64,000 nt of DNA from Candidatus Aenigmatarchaeota archaeon (GCA_016187335.1 JACPJW010000001.1:404170-468169), one strand, 5' to 3'. Shown: positions 18,907 to 28,802, counted from the stretch's first letter. Made by a program: numbers and translations. The notes: generated by a model not told the origin, from the sequence alone.

Positions 18907-20740
18907 TCCTCTGCAGCAAGAACTCGGGAGCAGTATAGAACAAATTGAATACGGAACCTAATTTCTGGTAGTCGTTGAGGTTTTTTTCAGCAGACCACTT
19001 CAGGACATTTGATTTTCTTTTTATGTCCTCGTTTATTTCTTCTTCTGATGCTCCGGTTGTTTCGGAGATTTTCTTAAGCAGCGAACTCTTGTTAACTACA
19101 GTGTAGGAATCATTTTTGGGGTTCCACCTGAAAACCTCGTTGGATACCACGGAATTGCTTCTCCTGTCGTACCCGAGGATTTCTATTACAGAAGAAATCC
19201 TCCTCTTGTAGACGCGTCCGTACTTCACCCTTTTGACGAATATTATCACGTCCAGGTTCTGTATAAGCCCTATAGGAAGGCTTATCGGCGGCGTTGAAAG
19301 CCTGTCCATAAGCTTGTTGAAATTTTCCGCATGTATTGTCGACAGGCCGGCATGGCCCACGGCCATCTGCTGGAAAAGAACGTACGCTTCGCGCCCGCGG
19401 ACCTCGCCGACGATTATGTAGTCAGGCCTCTGCCTCAGTGATTCTCTGAGCAATTCAAACATGTCAACCTTGCCTTCTTCCGACAGCGGAGTTCTTGCCA
19501 CTTCCGATATCCAGTGGGAATGCGGCAGCCTCAGTTCCGGCGTGTCCTCTATGCTCACTATTTTCATCTGCGGCTTGATGAACAGGGAAAGCGCGTTGAG
19601 GAGCGACGTCTTTCCGGTAGCAGTTCCCCCGGATATGAGCAGGCTCTGGTTGTGCTCTATAAGGTACCAGAAATACGAGAGCATCTTCAGGTCGCACGTC
19701 CCGAACTTTACCATGTCCACGGGTGTTAGCGGCTTTTCCGTGAACATTCTTATGGTGAAATTGCTGCCGTGCATTGCAACGTCGCTGCTCAGGGTTGCCT
19801 GGACCCTTGAGCCGTCGGGCAGCGCCCCGTCAAGGAGCGGCTTCGCGACAGAGATAAGCTTTCCGCACCTTTCGGCAAGCTTGTTTGCAAAGGAATCAAG
19901 GGAGTCCTTGTCGGAGAACTTTATGTTAGTCCTCATTGAGCCGAGCCGCGGGTCCCTGTGGTAAATAAAAATAGGGATGTTCATGCCGTCGCAGGATATG
20001 TCCTCTATCTGCTTGTCCTTCAGGAGGGGCTCTATTTTTTCCAGCCCGACAAAATCCCTTATAACGTAATACATGAGGACGTCTACATCCACGTCAGGCC
20101 CGGCGCGGAAATAAGAGAGCGCACCCTCAAATATTTTTTTGATGTAGCTCGTGGCGTCGCCCCTTACTTCCCCGAAGTTCACGTCAATCTTTTCCTGTAC
20201 ATACTCCTTTATTTCCCTGAGCAGCGCAGAGCTTTTCTCGTCAAGCTGCGGCTCAACAATGTCGTAGACAATTTCATTTATTTTCGGATTGAAGTAAATA
20301 TGGGCGTAAGCGAAGACGCGCTCGCCCTTTTTCGGCTCCGAGGGTATTAGCGGATATGTGATGTTGATTCTTCTCATCTCAATTGTTTCTTCAGTCATGC
20401 CGACGCTTTCAATAGTCGGGGACTCGGCGGTTTCAGGTATTTTTATCCCGCCTTTTACGAATTCCTTCATATCGTAATCTTCCGTCAGTATAACAGGTAT
20501 GGGGCCTGCCGGAAGCGCTGCAGCAGGCGGCGTTGAATACCCGCGGAATTCTGAAGAAGAATCAGGCTGCGAAGAATGCGGGCTGATATCCTGGGAAATT
20601 ATACCGGGTTGTTCTTTGGCTGGCTGGGTTTTCACTTTTAGCCTTATTTTCTTCAGGCCGGTGGAAGTTTTCATGGAAATTAACACGGTCTTTTCCGGCC
20701 ATGCTTCCTTTTTAGCGAGTTTTATCTTCATTCCAAACAC
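18893..20740 (-). CDS. Type IV pilus/archaellum-family secretion ATPase (FlaI/TadA/VirB11-like)
   Basis: 615 aa; Walker A LLISGGTATGKTSLLNAL, Walker B and His box region; low-complexity N-terminal extension. Confidence 0.85.
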   Translation of the reverse strand: MFGMKIKLAKKEAWPEKTVLISMKTSTGLKKIRLKVKTQPAKEQPGIISQDISPHSSQPDSSSEFRGYSTPPAAALPAGPIPVILTEDYDMKEFVKGGIKIPETAESPTIESVGMTEETIEMRRINITYPLIPSEPKKGERVFAYAHIYFNPKINEIVYDIVEPQLDEKSSALLREIKEYVQEKIDVNFGEVRGDATSYIKKIFEGALSYFRAGPDVDVDVLMYYVIRDFVGLEKIEPLLKDKQIEDISCDGMNIPIFIYHRDPRLGSMRTNIKFSDKDSLDSFANKLAERCGKLISVAKPLLDGALPDGSRVQATLSSDVAMHGSNFTIRMFTEKPLTPVDMVKFGTCDLKMLSYFWYLIEHNQSLLISGGTATGKTSLLNALSLFIKPQMKIVSIEDTPELRLPHSHWISEVARTPLSEEGKVDMFELLRESLRQRPDYIIVGEVRGREAYVLFQQMAVGHAGLSTIHAENFNKLMDRLSTPPISLPIGLIQNLDVIIFVKRVKYGRVYKRRISSVIEILGYDRRSNSVVSNEVFRWNPKNDSYTVVNKSSLLKKISETTGASEEEINEDIKRKSNVLKWSAEKNLNDYQKLGSVFNLFYTAPEFLLQRIEYA

Positions 20741-20748
20741 CAGAACGC

Positions 20749-21219
20749 TTACCCGCGCCTTATTTTTATTGTCTTCCCGTCCAAGTATATTTCTGCCCTG
20801 CCGGCTGTACTCAGGACCTCACCGCTCAGGCAGAAAATACCTTCAATACTACAATCTGTCTGGGCTATGTTAAATAGTTTTTGAGATACTTTTGTTTCCG
20901 GATCGCTGAAATCGTAAACTATAACGGAATCATCCTTGAGGGACACGACATAAACCTTTCCCGATATTTTATCCGGCAAACTTATCACTGCAGAAGAATT
21001 CTGGGCTGCTGTCCTGACAACGCCTGCTGCCACGACATCCCCGATGTTGCGGAAATGGTCCTTTGTGGAGACGCTGTTAAGCGATGCCTGTATTGTGCTG
21101 AAGCTGAGAGCAACATGGGCGGTTATCAGGACTCCTATGGCAAACAGTAGAACTTCGTTGACGACGAGATGCTGGCCCTTCATTCCCTTATTAAGAATAT
21201 TATTTTTCCTTTTTTTCAT
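20749..21219 (-). CDS. Pilin with class III signal peptide
   Basis: 156 aa; KGMKGQ-HLVVNEVLLFAIGVLITAHVALS (KGQ motif before hydrophobic helix). Confidence 0.6.
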   Translation of the reverse strand: MKKRKNNILNKGMKGQHLVVNEVLLFAIGVLITAHVALSFSTIQASLNSVSTKDHFRNIGDVVAAGVVRTAAQNSSAVISLPDKISGKVYVVSLKDDSVIVYDFSDPETKVSQKLFNIAQTDCSIEGIFCLSGEVLSTAGRAEIYLDGKTIKIRRG

Positions 21220-21261
21220 AAATATTCTTTATTGAGGCCGATAATAAAGATGCGGAATAAA

Positions 21262-21981
21262 TCAGATTAAGTCCAGATTTATGACGGTTTTTGTTATGAT
21301 CTTGCCGTTTTCTTCCGTTTCCGACGTGCCTTTGCTTTCAATTATGATTGAGTGGTCAAGGCCGGCGCTTTTGACCTGGTCTGAAGTGAGCACAAGAGAA
21401 TAAACCCTTATAGTCTGCGTTTTCAGCGGCACATATCGCAGCGTATAAGATGTCAGGTACTTGTTTTCGTCAAGCTTCACGCTCTTGACGCACAGGATGC
21501 CTGCGTCGTCAGAGCCCCATGCCCCTTCCGAAGCCGTGCACGTGCTGTTCTTCAGCGGTATCTCCGCGCCCGTGGCGTATATCGTCCCTTGCGTATCTGC
21601 GTCGAGCTGGATTACCCAGCCGTTCGGGCTGCTGTCTATTTTCACGATGCCTGACGCCGTGATTTTCAGCTGGTCTCGTCCGCCGGTGTTTGCAACTGTC
21701 TTTATCTTGCTGTCCAGGGTTTTCATGAACTGCTCGCTGCTCTGCAGCAGCGAGACGTCCTTGTTTTTCTGTATAAGGGGTATTCCCCAAAGATAGACGG
21801 ATCCCACGATGCCGATCAGTATCCCGCTCAGGAGTATCGCCGTGACAGCCTGTTCCTGGCCTTTAGAGGAGAAAAACCAAGGTTTTTCTCCCTCTACCCT
21901 CTTTTCCTTATTATTTTTTGATAGAACTTTTTTGTAAAAAGTTCTTCTCATTCCCTTATTAGAAATATTATTTGACATCAA
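21262..21981 (-). CDS. Pilin-like protein with class III signal peptide
   Basis: 239 aa; SSKGQEQAVTAILLSGILIGIVGSV; true start uncertain, an AACTTTTTT-AAAAAGTT palindrome sits in the first codons. Confidence 0.5.
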   Translation of the reverse strand: MMSNNISNKGMRRTFYKKVLSKNNKEKRVEGEKPWFFSSKGQEQAVTAILLSGILIGIVGSVYLWGIPLIQKNKDVSLLQSSEQFMKTLDSKIKTVANTGGRDQLKITASGIVKIDSSPNGWVIQLDADTQGTIYATGAEIPLKNSTCTASEGAWGSDDAGILCVKSVKLDENKYLTSYTLRYVPLKTQTIRVYSLVLTSDQVKSAGLDHSIIIESKGTSETEENGKIITKTVINLDLI

Positions 21982-22083
21982 AACCTAATTGTTTTCAAGG
22001 GTAATTAAGCTTTTCCAGATTTGGTAAAGCAAAGCTTTCCAAATCTTCAAGATGAATCAAAGATTTATCTTAGAAGAAAAAGT

Positions 22084-22491
22084 TCACACTATGGGCGCGG
22101 CTGGCATTCTTGGTCTTGCCATTTTCTTGGACATCGCTGACATGAGGATGGCATTAACGCGCTTTTCTAATTTTGCCAGACGCTCGTCCATCTTCCTTTC
22201 AAGCTGTGGCGACTCTTCCTTTACTTCCTCGCCTTCTATCTCAACCCGTGCCATGAAATCATCCAGTCTTGCCGTCAGCGCGCTCACGGACTGAATAGTG
22301 CTGTTCACCCTGTCAACCATCTCCGAGTTGCTTTTCACTATTTCATCCACAATCTGCTGGTTTGTCTTGACTATTTCCATCAAATCCTTCATCAATTCCT
22401 CGGAACCGCCGGACCGCTCAATCTTGTCAACCCTTTTTTCCAGCCGCCTTACCGGATTCATAGGCACAAGCTCGTATTCGTCTTCTTCCAT
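22084..22491 (-). CDS. Coiled-coil hypothetical protein
   Basis: Start taken at MEEDEYELVP because the track N-terminus (ELFKKVLSK) is the translation of an upstream palindromic element. Confidence 0.45.
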   Translation of the reverse strand: MEEDEYELVPMNPVRRLEKRVDKIERSGGSEELMKDLMEIVKTNQQIVDEIVKSNSEMVDRVNSTIQSVSALTARLDDFMARVEIEGEEVKEESPQLERKMDERLAKLEKRVNAILMSAMSKKMARPRMPAAPIV

Positions 22492-22577
22492 GAACAATAC
22501 ACCACATATCCGTTTTGATAGAACTTTTTTGAAAAGTTCTCTTTTATTATATTTGCAAAAGCGGTATAAATAGGTTT

Positions 22578-22895
22578 TCACGATCTCAAAGAGCTTCGCT
22601 CTTTGAGAATGTCCCCGAAAGCCCGGCAGAAATATTCCTTTGCACGCATAACGGCTTTCTTGCCCTCAGGCGTCAGCGAGTACACAATTATTTTGCCCCT
22701 TTTATCCCCCTTTATGAGGCCCTTGCTTTTCATGTCCTTCAGCGCAGGGTATATCGTTCCTGCCTTGGGCTTCTCGCCCCGGCGCTTCCCTATCTCCCCG
22801 GCAAGCTGCTCGCCGTTCATCTCCTTCTTTGACAGAAGCCATAAAACCTGGAAGGACAGCATCCCCCGCATGTCGCAGCCGTGATCATGTTTCAT
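22578..22895 (-). CDS. PadR-family transcriptional regulator
   Basis: Winged-helix core GEKPKAGTIYPALKDMKSKGLI; start taken at an internal Met (MKHDHG or MRGMLSFQ). Confidence 0.65.
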   Translation of the reverse strand: MKHDHGCDMRGMLSFQVLWLLSKKEMNGEQLAGEIGKRRGEKPKAGTIYPALKDMKSKGLIKGDKRGKIIVYSLTPEGKKAVMRAKEYFCRAFGDILKERSSLRS

Positions 22896-22931
22896 AGCAA
22901 TTATAGGGCATCCTATATATTTAAATACATG

Positions 22932-22948
22932 ACCGATACATAATATCG
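22932..22948. promoter_or_regulatory. Inverted repeat CCGATA-CATAA-TATCGG, candidate PadR operator
   Basis: In the ~80 bp spacer between divergent PadR and LUD-domain genes, flanked by two ATCCTATAT copies. Confidence 0.35.
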
Positions 22949-22975
22949 GATATCCTATATGCAGGAAGTGATGAA

Positions 22976-23578
22976 ATGGCGTTTGACAAATTGGGAAGCG
23001 ATGAAAGCATTGAAAAGGCTGTGGCTTCCTTGAAAGCCAACGGCATAGAAGCCTTTGTGGTTGAGAACGGCGAGCAGGCAAAGCAGAAAGCCCTGGAAAT
23101 GATACCGGAGGGTGCGGAAGTGATGAACATGACCTCCGTCACGCTTGATGCAATCGGCTTGACGGAAGAAATAATGTCTGGAAGGAATTCCGTCCGCAAA
23201 AAACTTATGAGCATGGACAGGACCAAGCATGGCAGCGAGATGAAAAAACTGGGGATTGCGCCTGATTACGCTGTCGGAAGCGTCCACGCCATTACCGAAG
23301 ACGGCAAGGTGCTTATCGCTTCCGCTTCCGGGAGCCAGCTTCCCGCTTACGCTTACGGGGCAGGCAAGGTTATCTGGATAGCAGGCACCCAGAAGATTGT
23401 GAAAAATCTGGAGGAAGGCATGAAGCGGATTTATGAGTATACATTGCCGCTGGAGGACCAGAGGGCGAGGATAGCATACGGCGTCGGGAGCGGCGTCAAC
23501 AAACTGCTGGTTGTAAACAAAGAATTCGCGCCCGGAAGGATAACCCTGATACTAGTGAAAGAAAAGCTCGGTTTCTGA
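22976..23578 (+). CDS. LUD-domain (YkgG/LutC-like) protein
   Basis: 200 aa; overall pattern consistent with lactate-utilisation LutC-like DUF162 fold. Confidence 0.6.
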   Translation: MAFDKLGSDESIEKAVASLKANGIEAFVVENGEQAKQKALEMIPEGAEVMNMTSVTLDAIGLTEEIMSGRNSVRKKLMSMDRTKHGSEMKKLGIAPDYAVGSVHAITEDGKVLIASASGSQLPAYAYGAGKVIWIAGTQKIVKNLEEGMKRIYEYTLPLEDQRARIAYGVGSGVNKLLVVNKEFAPGRITLILVKEKLGF

Positions 23579-23617
23579 TGTCTGTTTTGATGCTTAAACA
23601 AAAAGGAGTTGGTTGAA

Positions 23618-23749
23618 ATGTGCGTTGGTGCAATGAGAGGCTTCCTTACAAAGGAGGAAAAAATAGAAATGCTCAAGGAATACAAGGACTCCCTGGAAAA
23701 GGAAGCCGACGGGGTTGAGGAAAGAATCAAGGAACTGGAAAAAGACTGA
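23618..23749 (+). CDS. Small 43-aa hypothetical protein (not in ORF track)
   Basis: ATG preceded by GGAG; MCVGAMRGFLTKEEKIEMLKEYKDSLEKEADGVEERIKELEKD; charged helical. Confidence 0.3.
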   Translation: MCVGAMRGFLTKEEKIEMLKEYKDSLEKEADGVEERIKELEKD

Positions 23750-23951
23750 TTTTTTCTTTGTTTTTTATAAATTTTTTCTGCTGCTCAGGCATGAAAGGGA
23801 GCTGGAAAAAAACCAGCAGCCTGTCGAGAAGCGCAGGAAGAAATGAAAAAAGAACTCTGAGAAGTTCTGCCCTTTTGGTTAAACTCCTTCGAAGAACAAA
23901 GTTCTTCGAGGTCTCAGAGAAACTTCGTTTCTCTGCAGATTTTGGAAAAGT

Positions 23952-25598
23952 TTACTCCATGTCCATGTCTTCGCCGCCGGGCATTCCGCCAGGGCCGCCT
24001 CTCGGCATGCCGCCGCCGGACTTTGACGTTATGACGTCGTCTATGCGCAGTATCATTTCCGCCGCTTCCGTTGCGGACTTGATGGCCTGCGTCTTTATCT
24101 TCAGCGGCTCGACGACGCCGTTCTTCTTCATATCCTCTACTTTTCCGTTGACAACATCTATGCCGTAAGCGGATTTTCCTTTGTCGTGCAGCGTCCTTAA
24201 CTCTACAAGAAGATCAATAGGATCGCGTCCAGTGCTTTCAGCCAGCGTTCTTGGAATTATTTCAACAGCCTCGGCAAACGAATTTATTGCCAGCTGTTCT
24301 CTTCCGCCGACGGATTCTGCGTATTCCCTGAGCTTGCGGGCGATCTCTATCTCTACGGCTCCGCCGCCGTAGACAACCTTGCCTACTTCCAGGGCAGAAA
24401 TAACACCCAGGACTGCGTCGTCCATTGCGCGCTTCGCCTCGTCAACAACATGCTCCGTTCCGCCGCGCACAAGAATGCTTACTGATTTAGGATCCTTGCA
24501 GTCGCGGACAAAGATCATCTCTTCGCCGGCAATCTTCTGCTCCTCAACTAATCCGGCATAGCCTAAATCATCCTTTGATATCTCTTCCAGGTTCGAAACG
24601 ATGTTGGCGCCCGTGGCTTTTGCCAGCTTTTCCATGTCGCTTTTCTTCACGCGCCTTGCAGCTATAGTGCCTTCCTTGGCAAGATAATGCTGCGCTAAAT
24701 CATCAATGCCTTTCTGGCAGAAAACAACATTGCATCCTGTCGCTGACACCTTCTTTACCATTTCCTTGAGCATCTTTGTTTCCTGCTCGAGAAACGCCTG
24801 AAGCTGGTCAGGTGATGTTATTCTTATTTCCGCGTTCGTTTCGGTTTCCTTTACCTCCAGAGCCACATCCAGCAGCACTATTTTCGCATCCTTGACGCGC
24901 TTTGGCATGTTAGGATGCACAACTTCCTTGTCAATGACAATTCCCTTTATCAGTTCCGTGTCGTCAATTGAGCCGCCCTGCTTCTTCTCTATTTTCACAT
25001 CGTCCTTGTCGATGACAACCTTGCCGTTGTCCTGTTCCGCGACCATCTTGACAGCTTCAACGGCTAATTTCGCCAGGGATTCCTTTGCCGCTTCGCCGCC
25101 CTTCCCTGTCATTGCTGTCATCGCTATTTTCTGCAGCATTTCCGTGTCATTAATGTCAATGTCTTCGCCTATTTCCTGCAAAACTTCCAGCGCTTTTGTC
25201 TTCGAAAGCCTGTAACCCCTTACGATCATCGTGGGATGTATTTCCTGCTCCAGAAGACCCTCTGCTTTCTTCAGCAATTCACCAGCAAGAATTACTGCCG
25301 TGGTCGTGCCGTCGCCGACCTCGTCTTCCTGCGTCTTCGCCACTTCAACAATCATCTTTGCGGCAGGATGCTCTATTTCCATGTCCTCCAGTATTGTCGC
25401 GCCGTCGTTGGTTATGGTGACGTCACCTATAGAATTAACAAGCATCTTGTCCATGCCGCGCGGGCCCAGCGTAGTCCTTACAGACTCAGCAACGGCTTTC
25501 GCTGCCATTATGTTGCGCGACTGCGCGTCCCTTCCAGTGTTCCTCAAAGTGCCTTCCGGCAGGATGAATATAGGCTGTCCGCCAAGCTGGTTCACCAT
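23952..25598 (-). CDS. ths: Thermosome subunit (group II chaperonin)
   Basis: 548 aa; [27 protein letters not shown] and C-terminal GGMPGG repeats. Confidence 0.95.
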   Translation of the reverse strand: MVNQLGGQPIFILPEGTLRNTGRDAQSRNIMAAKAVAESVRTTLGPRGMDKMLVNSIGDVTITNDGATILEDMEIEHPAAKMIVEVAKTQEDEVGDGTTTAVILAGELLKKAEGLLEQEIHPTMIVRGYRLSKTKALEVLQEIGEDIDINDTEMLQKIAMTAMTGKGGEAAKESLAKLAVEAVKMVAEQDNGKVVIDKDDVKIEKKQGGSIDDTELIKGIVIDKEVVHPNMPKRVKDAKIVLLDVALEVKETETNAEIRITSPDQLQAFLEQETKMLKEMVKKVSATGCNVVFCQKGIDDLAQHYLAKEGTIAARRVKKSDMEKLAKATGANIVSNLEEISKDDLGYAGLVEEQKIAGEEMIFVRDCKDPKSVSILVRGGTEHVVDEAKRAMDDAVLGVISALEVGKVVYGGGAVEIEIARKLREYAESVGGREQLAINSFAEAVEIIPRTLAESTGRDPIDLLVELRTLHDKGKSAYGIDVVNGKVEDMKKNGVVEPLKIKTQAIKSATEAAEMILRIDDVITSKSGGGMPRGGPGGMPGGEDMDME

Positions 25599-25750
25599 TT
25601 CAAATACACCTCGTTAATAGAATTTCTTTCCATGCACGCTTTCATTTTTGACGCAACTTTTTCCTAAAAGTTGCCGTATACTTTCATGCACATACATAGA
25701 AGAAGCTAATCTTTAAAAGGGTTGCGGTGCGGCTTAGCGTGTCACACAAT

Positions 25751-26329
25751 TCACAGGAACGACAGGCCGTAGCTTCCCAGATGAAGCCTGTAGTGAGACC
25801 TTACGTTATCGCTTCCAAAATAGTTCAGCAGGCCGAGACTTCTTGCCGCTTTCAGCGCATGAGTCCATGCGAACCTCTCTGAAAATCTTTCGTATTCCTC
25901 ATCCCCGAACGCTTTTATGCAGAATTCATGCACGGCCGCCAGCTGCTCAGAGTAAGACCCTGACAGGCTGCCGTGGCATAGTAAGGCATGGAGCGAGTCG
26001 TAAGTTTTTGCATGTCCTATTTCATGAAAAGACGACAGGATCCTTATCTCCCTTTCCCGCAGTTTCGGAATGCTTATTTGTATCTCCGGCACTGGCCTTA
26101 TGACGCCGTTCTCCCTTATGCAAATTTTGAAATTGGACCTGACAGGAATGAAAGTCCATCTGCCATTTTCCAGCAGATCGTTGAGCCTTATTACGCTTCC
26201 ATTTACACGGTAGTCGAAGAAATAGTTGCCACCTTCATGGGATTTGTCTTTGTAGAATGAAACCCCGTTTCCATTTTGATATTCGATTGAGCCCTCTTCG
26301 TATATTCTTGATGTAGGATTAGTATTCAC
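25751..26329 (-). CDS. HExxH-motif protein, putative zinc metallopeptidase
   Basis: 192 aa; FHEIGHAKTY motif; directly downstream of HTH regulator on same strand. Confidence 0.45.
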   Translation of the reverse strand: MNTNPTSRIYEEGSIEYQNGNGVSFYKDKSHEGGNYFFDYRVNGSVIRLNDLLENGRWTFIPVRSNFKICIRENGVIRPVPEIQISIPKLREREIRILSSFHEIGHAKTYDSLHALLCHGSLSGSYSEQLAAVHEFCIKAFGDEEYERFSERFAWTHALKAARSLGLLNYFGSDNVRSHYRLHLGSYGLSFL

Positions 26330-26331
26330 GT

Positions 26332-27312
26332 TTAGCTTCCATCACCCTTCTTTGCTGCTCTGACAATGTCCCGCTTTGTCATCTCCTTCAGCTCATCGGC
26401 AGGAATAACCGGGATTTCCAGTTCCATTCTTTTCTTCGTGACAACAATGACGGGTTTTTCGGTTATTTCTGAAAACGCCAGCATATATCCCTCGTTCTTC
26501 TCCACTCTTTTCTCGTTTTCTTCAGCATCGGAGAATACCAGAAAACGCTCCTTGTCATGCGTTTTGGCAATGATGTTGAAAGGCGCCTGGTAAACAAAGG
26601 AAGTTCCAAAGCCCTTCCTTTTCAGCTCTTTTGATATTGCCCTTTCAAATGCAGTCCTCGGCTCTTTGCCTGCCTCTTCAAAAGAGAAAGAAGTGAAGTC
26701 AATGCTTCTCGTTACGGAGCCCAGCAGCCGCTCCATTTTCTTCGCTATAACATATTTTGATTTCATCATTTTCCTTTCATGTTCGTAGACGTTCTTCTTT
26801 GTCGTGCCCAGTTTTTCCGCCAGTTCGCTCTGAGAGAATCCCCTGCCCTCTCTGGCATCCCGCAGCAGTTCTGGATCCACTTCGGCAAAAAAGCCGCCCC
26901 TGAACCTGTAAATCAGCGGGTTTATGTTGTGCACAAGAATATTTTCAAGCGTCTTAGGCGTGAAGGTGGGTATATCAAACCTGTCGTATATCACATTGTC
27001 ATGGAGCTTCTCGCGCCTTGTCCAGATGCCTACCAGGGCGGGCGAGGCGTCCAGATTTGATGACAGCGTTTTCAGGTTGTCTGATTGCTCTTCCTGGAAA
27101 GAATCAACGTTCTCAAGAACCTTCAGCAGAATCACTTCCTGCTTCCTGGCTATTATGTCAAAGCACCCGCTGTATTCGCTGTAATCGTAGTCAGACCTTT
27201 CCAGGATACGCCCGATTTCCTCCCTTAGCATGCATAACGTTTTCGGGAAAACTTTAAAACAATAATATCCAAGCAGATATTCAAAGAGCCAATTCAAAAG
27301 AGCTTGAAGCAC
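26332..27312 (-). CDS. HTH (XRE-like) transcriptional regulator with extra domains
   Basis: 326 aa; helix-turn-helix GRGFSQSELAEKLGTTKKNVYEHERKM in the middle of the protein. Confidence 0.6.
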   Translation of the reverse strand: MLQALLNWLFEYLLGYYCFKVFPKTLCMLREEIGRILERSDYDYSEYSGCFDIIARKQEVILLKVLENVDSFQEEQSDNLKTLSSNLDASPALVGIWTRREKLHDNVIYDRFDIPTFTPKTLENILVHNINPLIYRFRGGFFAEVDPELLRDAREGRGFSQSELAEKLGTTKKNVYEHERKMMKSKYVIAKKMERLLGSVTRSIDFTSFSFEEAGKEPRTAFERAISKELKRKGFGTSFVYQAPFNIIAKTHDKERFLVFSDAEENEKRVEKNEGYMLAFSEITEKPVIVVTKKRMELEIPVIPADELKEMTKRDIVRAAKKGDGS

Positions 27313-27332
27313 TTTGTGCTTCGTTCGGCTAT

Positions 27333-27491
27333 GGGCCGGTAGCTCAGTGGTAGAGCACCTGTCTTATACGACGTGTTTTCTTAATTGGAAAAAGAAAACA
27401 TTGCTAAGCCAGCAGGGGGTCGAGAGTCCGATACAAACTTTTCCAAAAAGTTTGATCAAAAGGGAAAGTTGCGGAATCCTCTCCCGGCCCA
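27333..27491 (+). tRNA. tRNA-Ile (anticodon UAU) with anticodon-loop intron and T-loop intron
   Basis: GGGCCGG-TA-GCTC-AGTGGTA-GAGC-A-CCTGT-CTTATA then ~42-nt intron, A-GCAGG; 3' end CTCTC-CCGGCCC-A; exons sum to about 72 nt; T-loop junction ambiguous. Confidence 0.6.
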
Positions 27492-27534
27492 TTCGGCTCT
27501 TTCAGAAAATGGCGGAAAATGTAGCAGAATAAAT

Positions 27535-28008
27535 TTATCCCTGGTACGTTTGCCTTCTTTCCCTGAACTCCAGTTTTTGCCACGAATCAGAAAGCTTTTT
27601 AGAAACCTTCGACAGATCCGGTTCAAATTCTCCGTTCCAGAAGTCCCAGACCTTCTTGATCCATTCGGCTGTCGCGTTTTCATCCGGCTTGAGCGTCAGC
27701 ATGGTGTTTTCCCATTTCAGGACCTGTATTTTCTTGTACAGCCTGAAAAGCTGCGTTACTTCCCTTTCCGTGAGCATGTTCTGCTCGTAAATGCCGGAAA
27801 ACGAATCGTAACCGGAAATTATGGGCTCTATTATCTTTTCCGTGAACATGAACAGTTTGTCTGACATCTCCGTTCTTATCTCGTCAAACGTCACTTCCTC
27901 GTCCTCAAGCTCCAGCTTGAACGCGGCTTTAAGGTCCGTCAGCTGGGGGAGCCCGAAGCGCTCTTGGATATTTTTGTATTTCTGAAAAGTAGGCTGCATT
28001 TTAGGCAC
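27535..28008 (-). CDS. Hypothetical protein
   Basis: 157 aa ORF with coherent codon usage, no recognised motif. Confidence 0.45.
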   Translation of the reverse strand: MPKMQPTFQKYKNIQERFGLPQLTDLKAAFKLELEDEEVTFDEIRTEMSDKLFMFTEKIIEPIISGYDSFSGIYEQNMLTEREVTQLFRLYKKIQVLKWENTMLTLKPDENATAEWIKKVWDFWNGEFEPDLSKVSKKLSDSWQKLEFRERRQTYQG

Positions 28009-28295
28009 CTTCAGCGTTATTTTTTTCTAAATCCAGGCAAAAATAAAAAAAGACTGATTTAATTGATAACAAATAAAGTATTAAAGCCTATTTCTGAAAA
28101 AGCACGAAGAAAATTTTGGAAAATTTTTCAATGTTGCCGCATTTTCAGGAATCAAAAGGCTATTTCAAACCTCAGAAGGAAAAAAAGAAGCAGTAAGTAT
28201 ATGGCAATCATCCCGAGCACAACGTATTTTTCTTCTTTTGGCATAATTTTATTTCTTTGCCACGCTTAAAAAGATTTTTGCCTTATTTTTTCGGT

Positions 28296-28802
28296 ATGAC
28301 AGAATATTTTGATGTCGTGGACGAAGGAAACAGCGTAATAGGAAGGGCAGCAAGGGAAGAATGCCACTCCAAAGGCTTGTGGCACAGGGCTTCGCACGTA
28401 ATTATAGTTAATTCTAAGGGCGAGCTGTTATTGCAGAAAAGGAGCATGAAGAAGGATCTGTACAAGGGGTACTGGATTGACGCAGCAGCGGGCCATGTGG
28501 ACAGCGGAGAAGCCTATGAACACGCAGCAAAAAGGGAGCTGAAGGAAGAAATTGGAGTAACCGCTGCATTGATGCAGCTTTTTGATTTCAAGAAACAAAC
28601 GGGCAATGACAATGAAATAATTAGGGTATTTGCAGCGAGGCACGACGGGCCGTTTTTTCCCAACAAGGAAGAAGTCGATTTTGTCAAGTTTTTCACTCTT
28701 GAGGAAATAAACGAGATGCTGAAAAAAGACAAATTCACCCCGGCAACCCTGGATATTCTCAAGGAAATAAACAGGGACCCGTCAATACTAAGCAGGTTTT
28801 AA
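28296..28802 (+). CDS. NUDIX hydrolase
   Basis: Nudix box GHVDSGEAYEHAAKRELKEEIGV; start taken at MTEYFDVVDEG; lacks the Cys motif of type-1 IPP isomerase. Confidence 0.7.
   Translation: MTEYFDVVDEGNSVIGRAAREECHSKGLWHRASHVIIVNSKGELLLQKRSMKKDLYKGYWIDAAAGHVDSGEAYEHAAKRELKEEIGVTAALMQLFDFKKQTGNDNEIIRVFAARHDGPFFPNKEEVDFVKFFTLEEINEMLKKDKFTPATLDILKEINRDPSILSRF

Noticed and set aside
27314-27864. ORFs 27314..27532 and 27385..27864 (+) and 27456..27683 (-)
   Set aside because: Overlap tRNA-Ile exons and introns or run antisense to the hypothetical gene at 27535-28008; no motifs
28296-28802. Type-1 isopentenyl-diphosphate isomerase assignment for the NUDIX gene beside the mevalonate operon
   Set aside because: Has a standard Nudix box but lacks the conserved Cys-containing active-site motif of IDI-1; kept as generic NUDIX hydrolase
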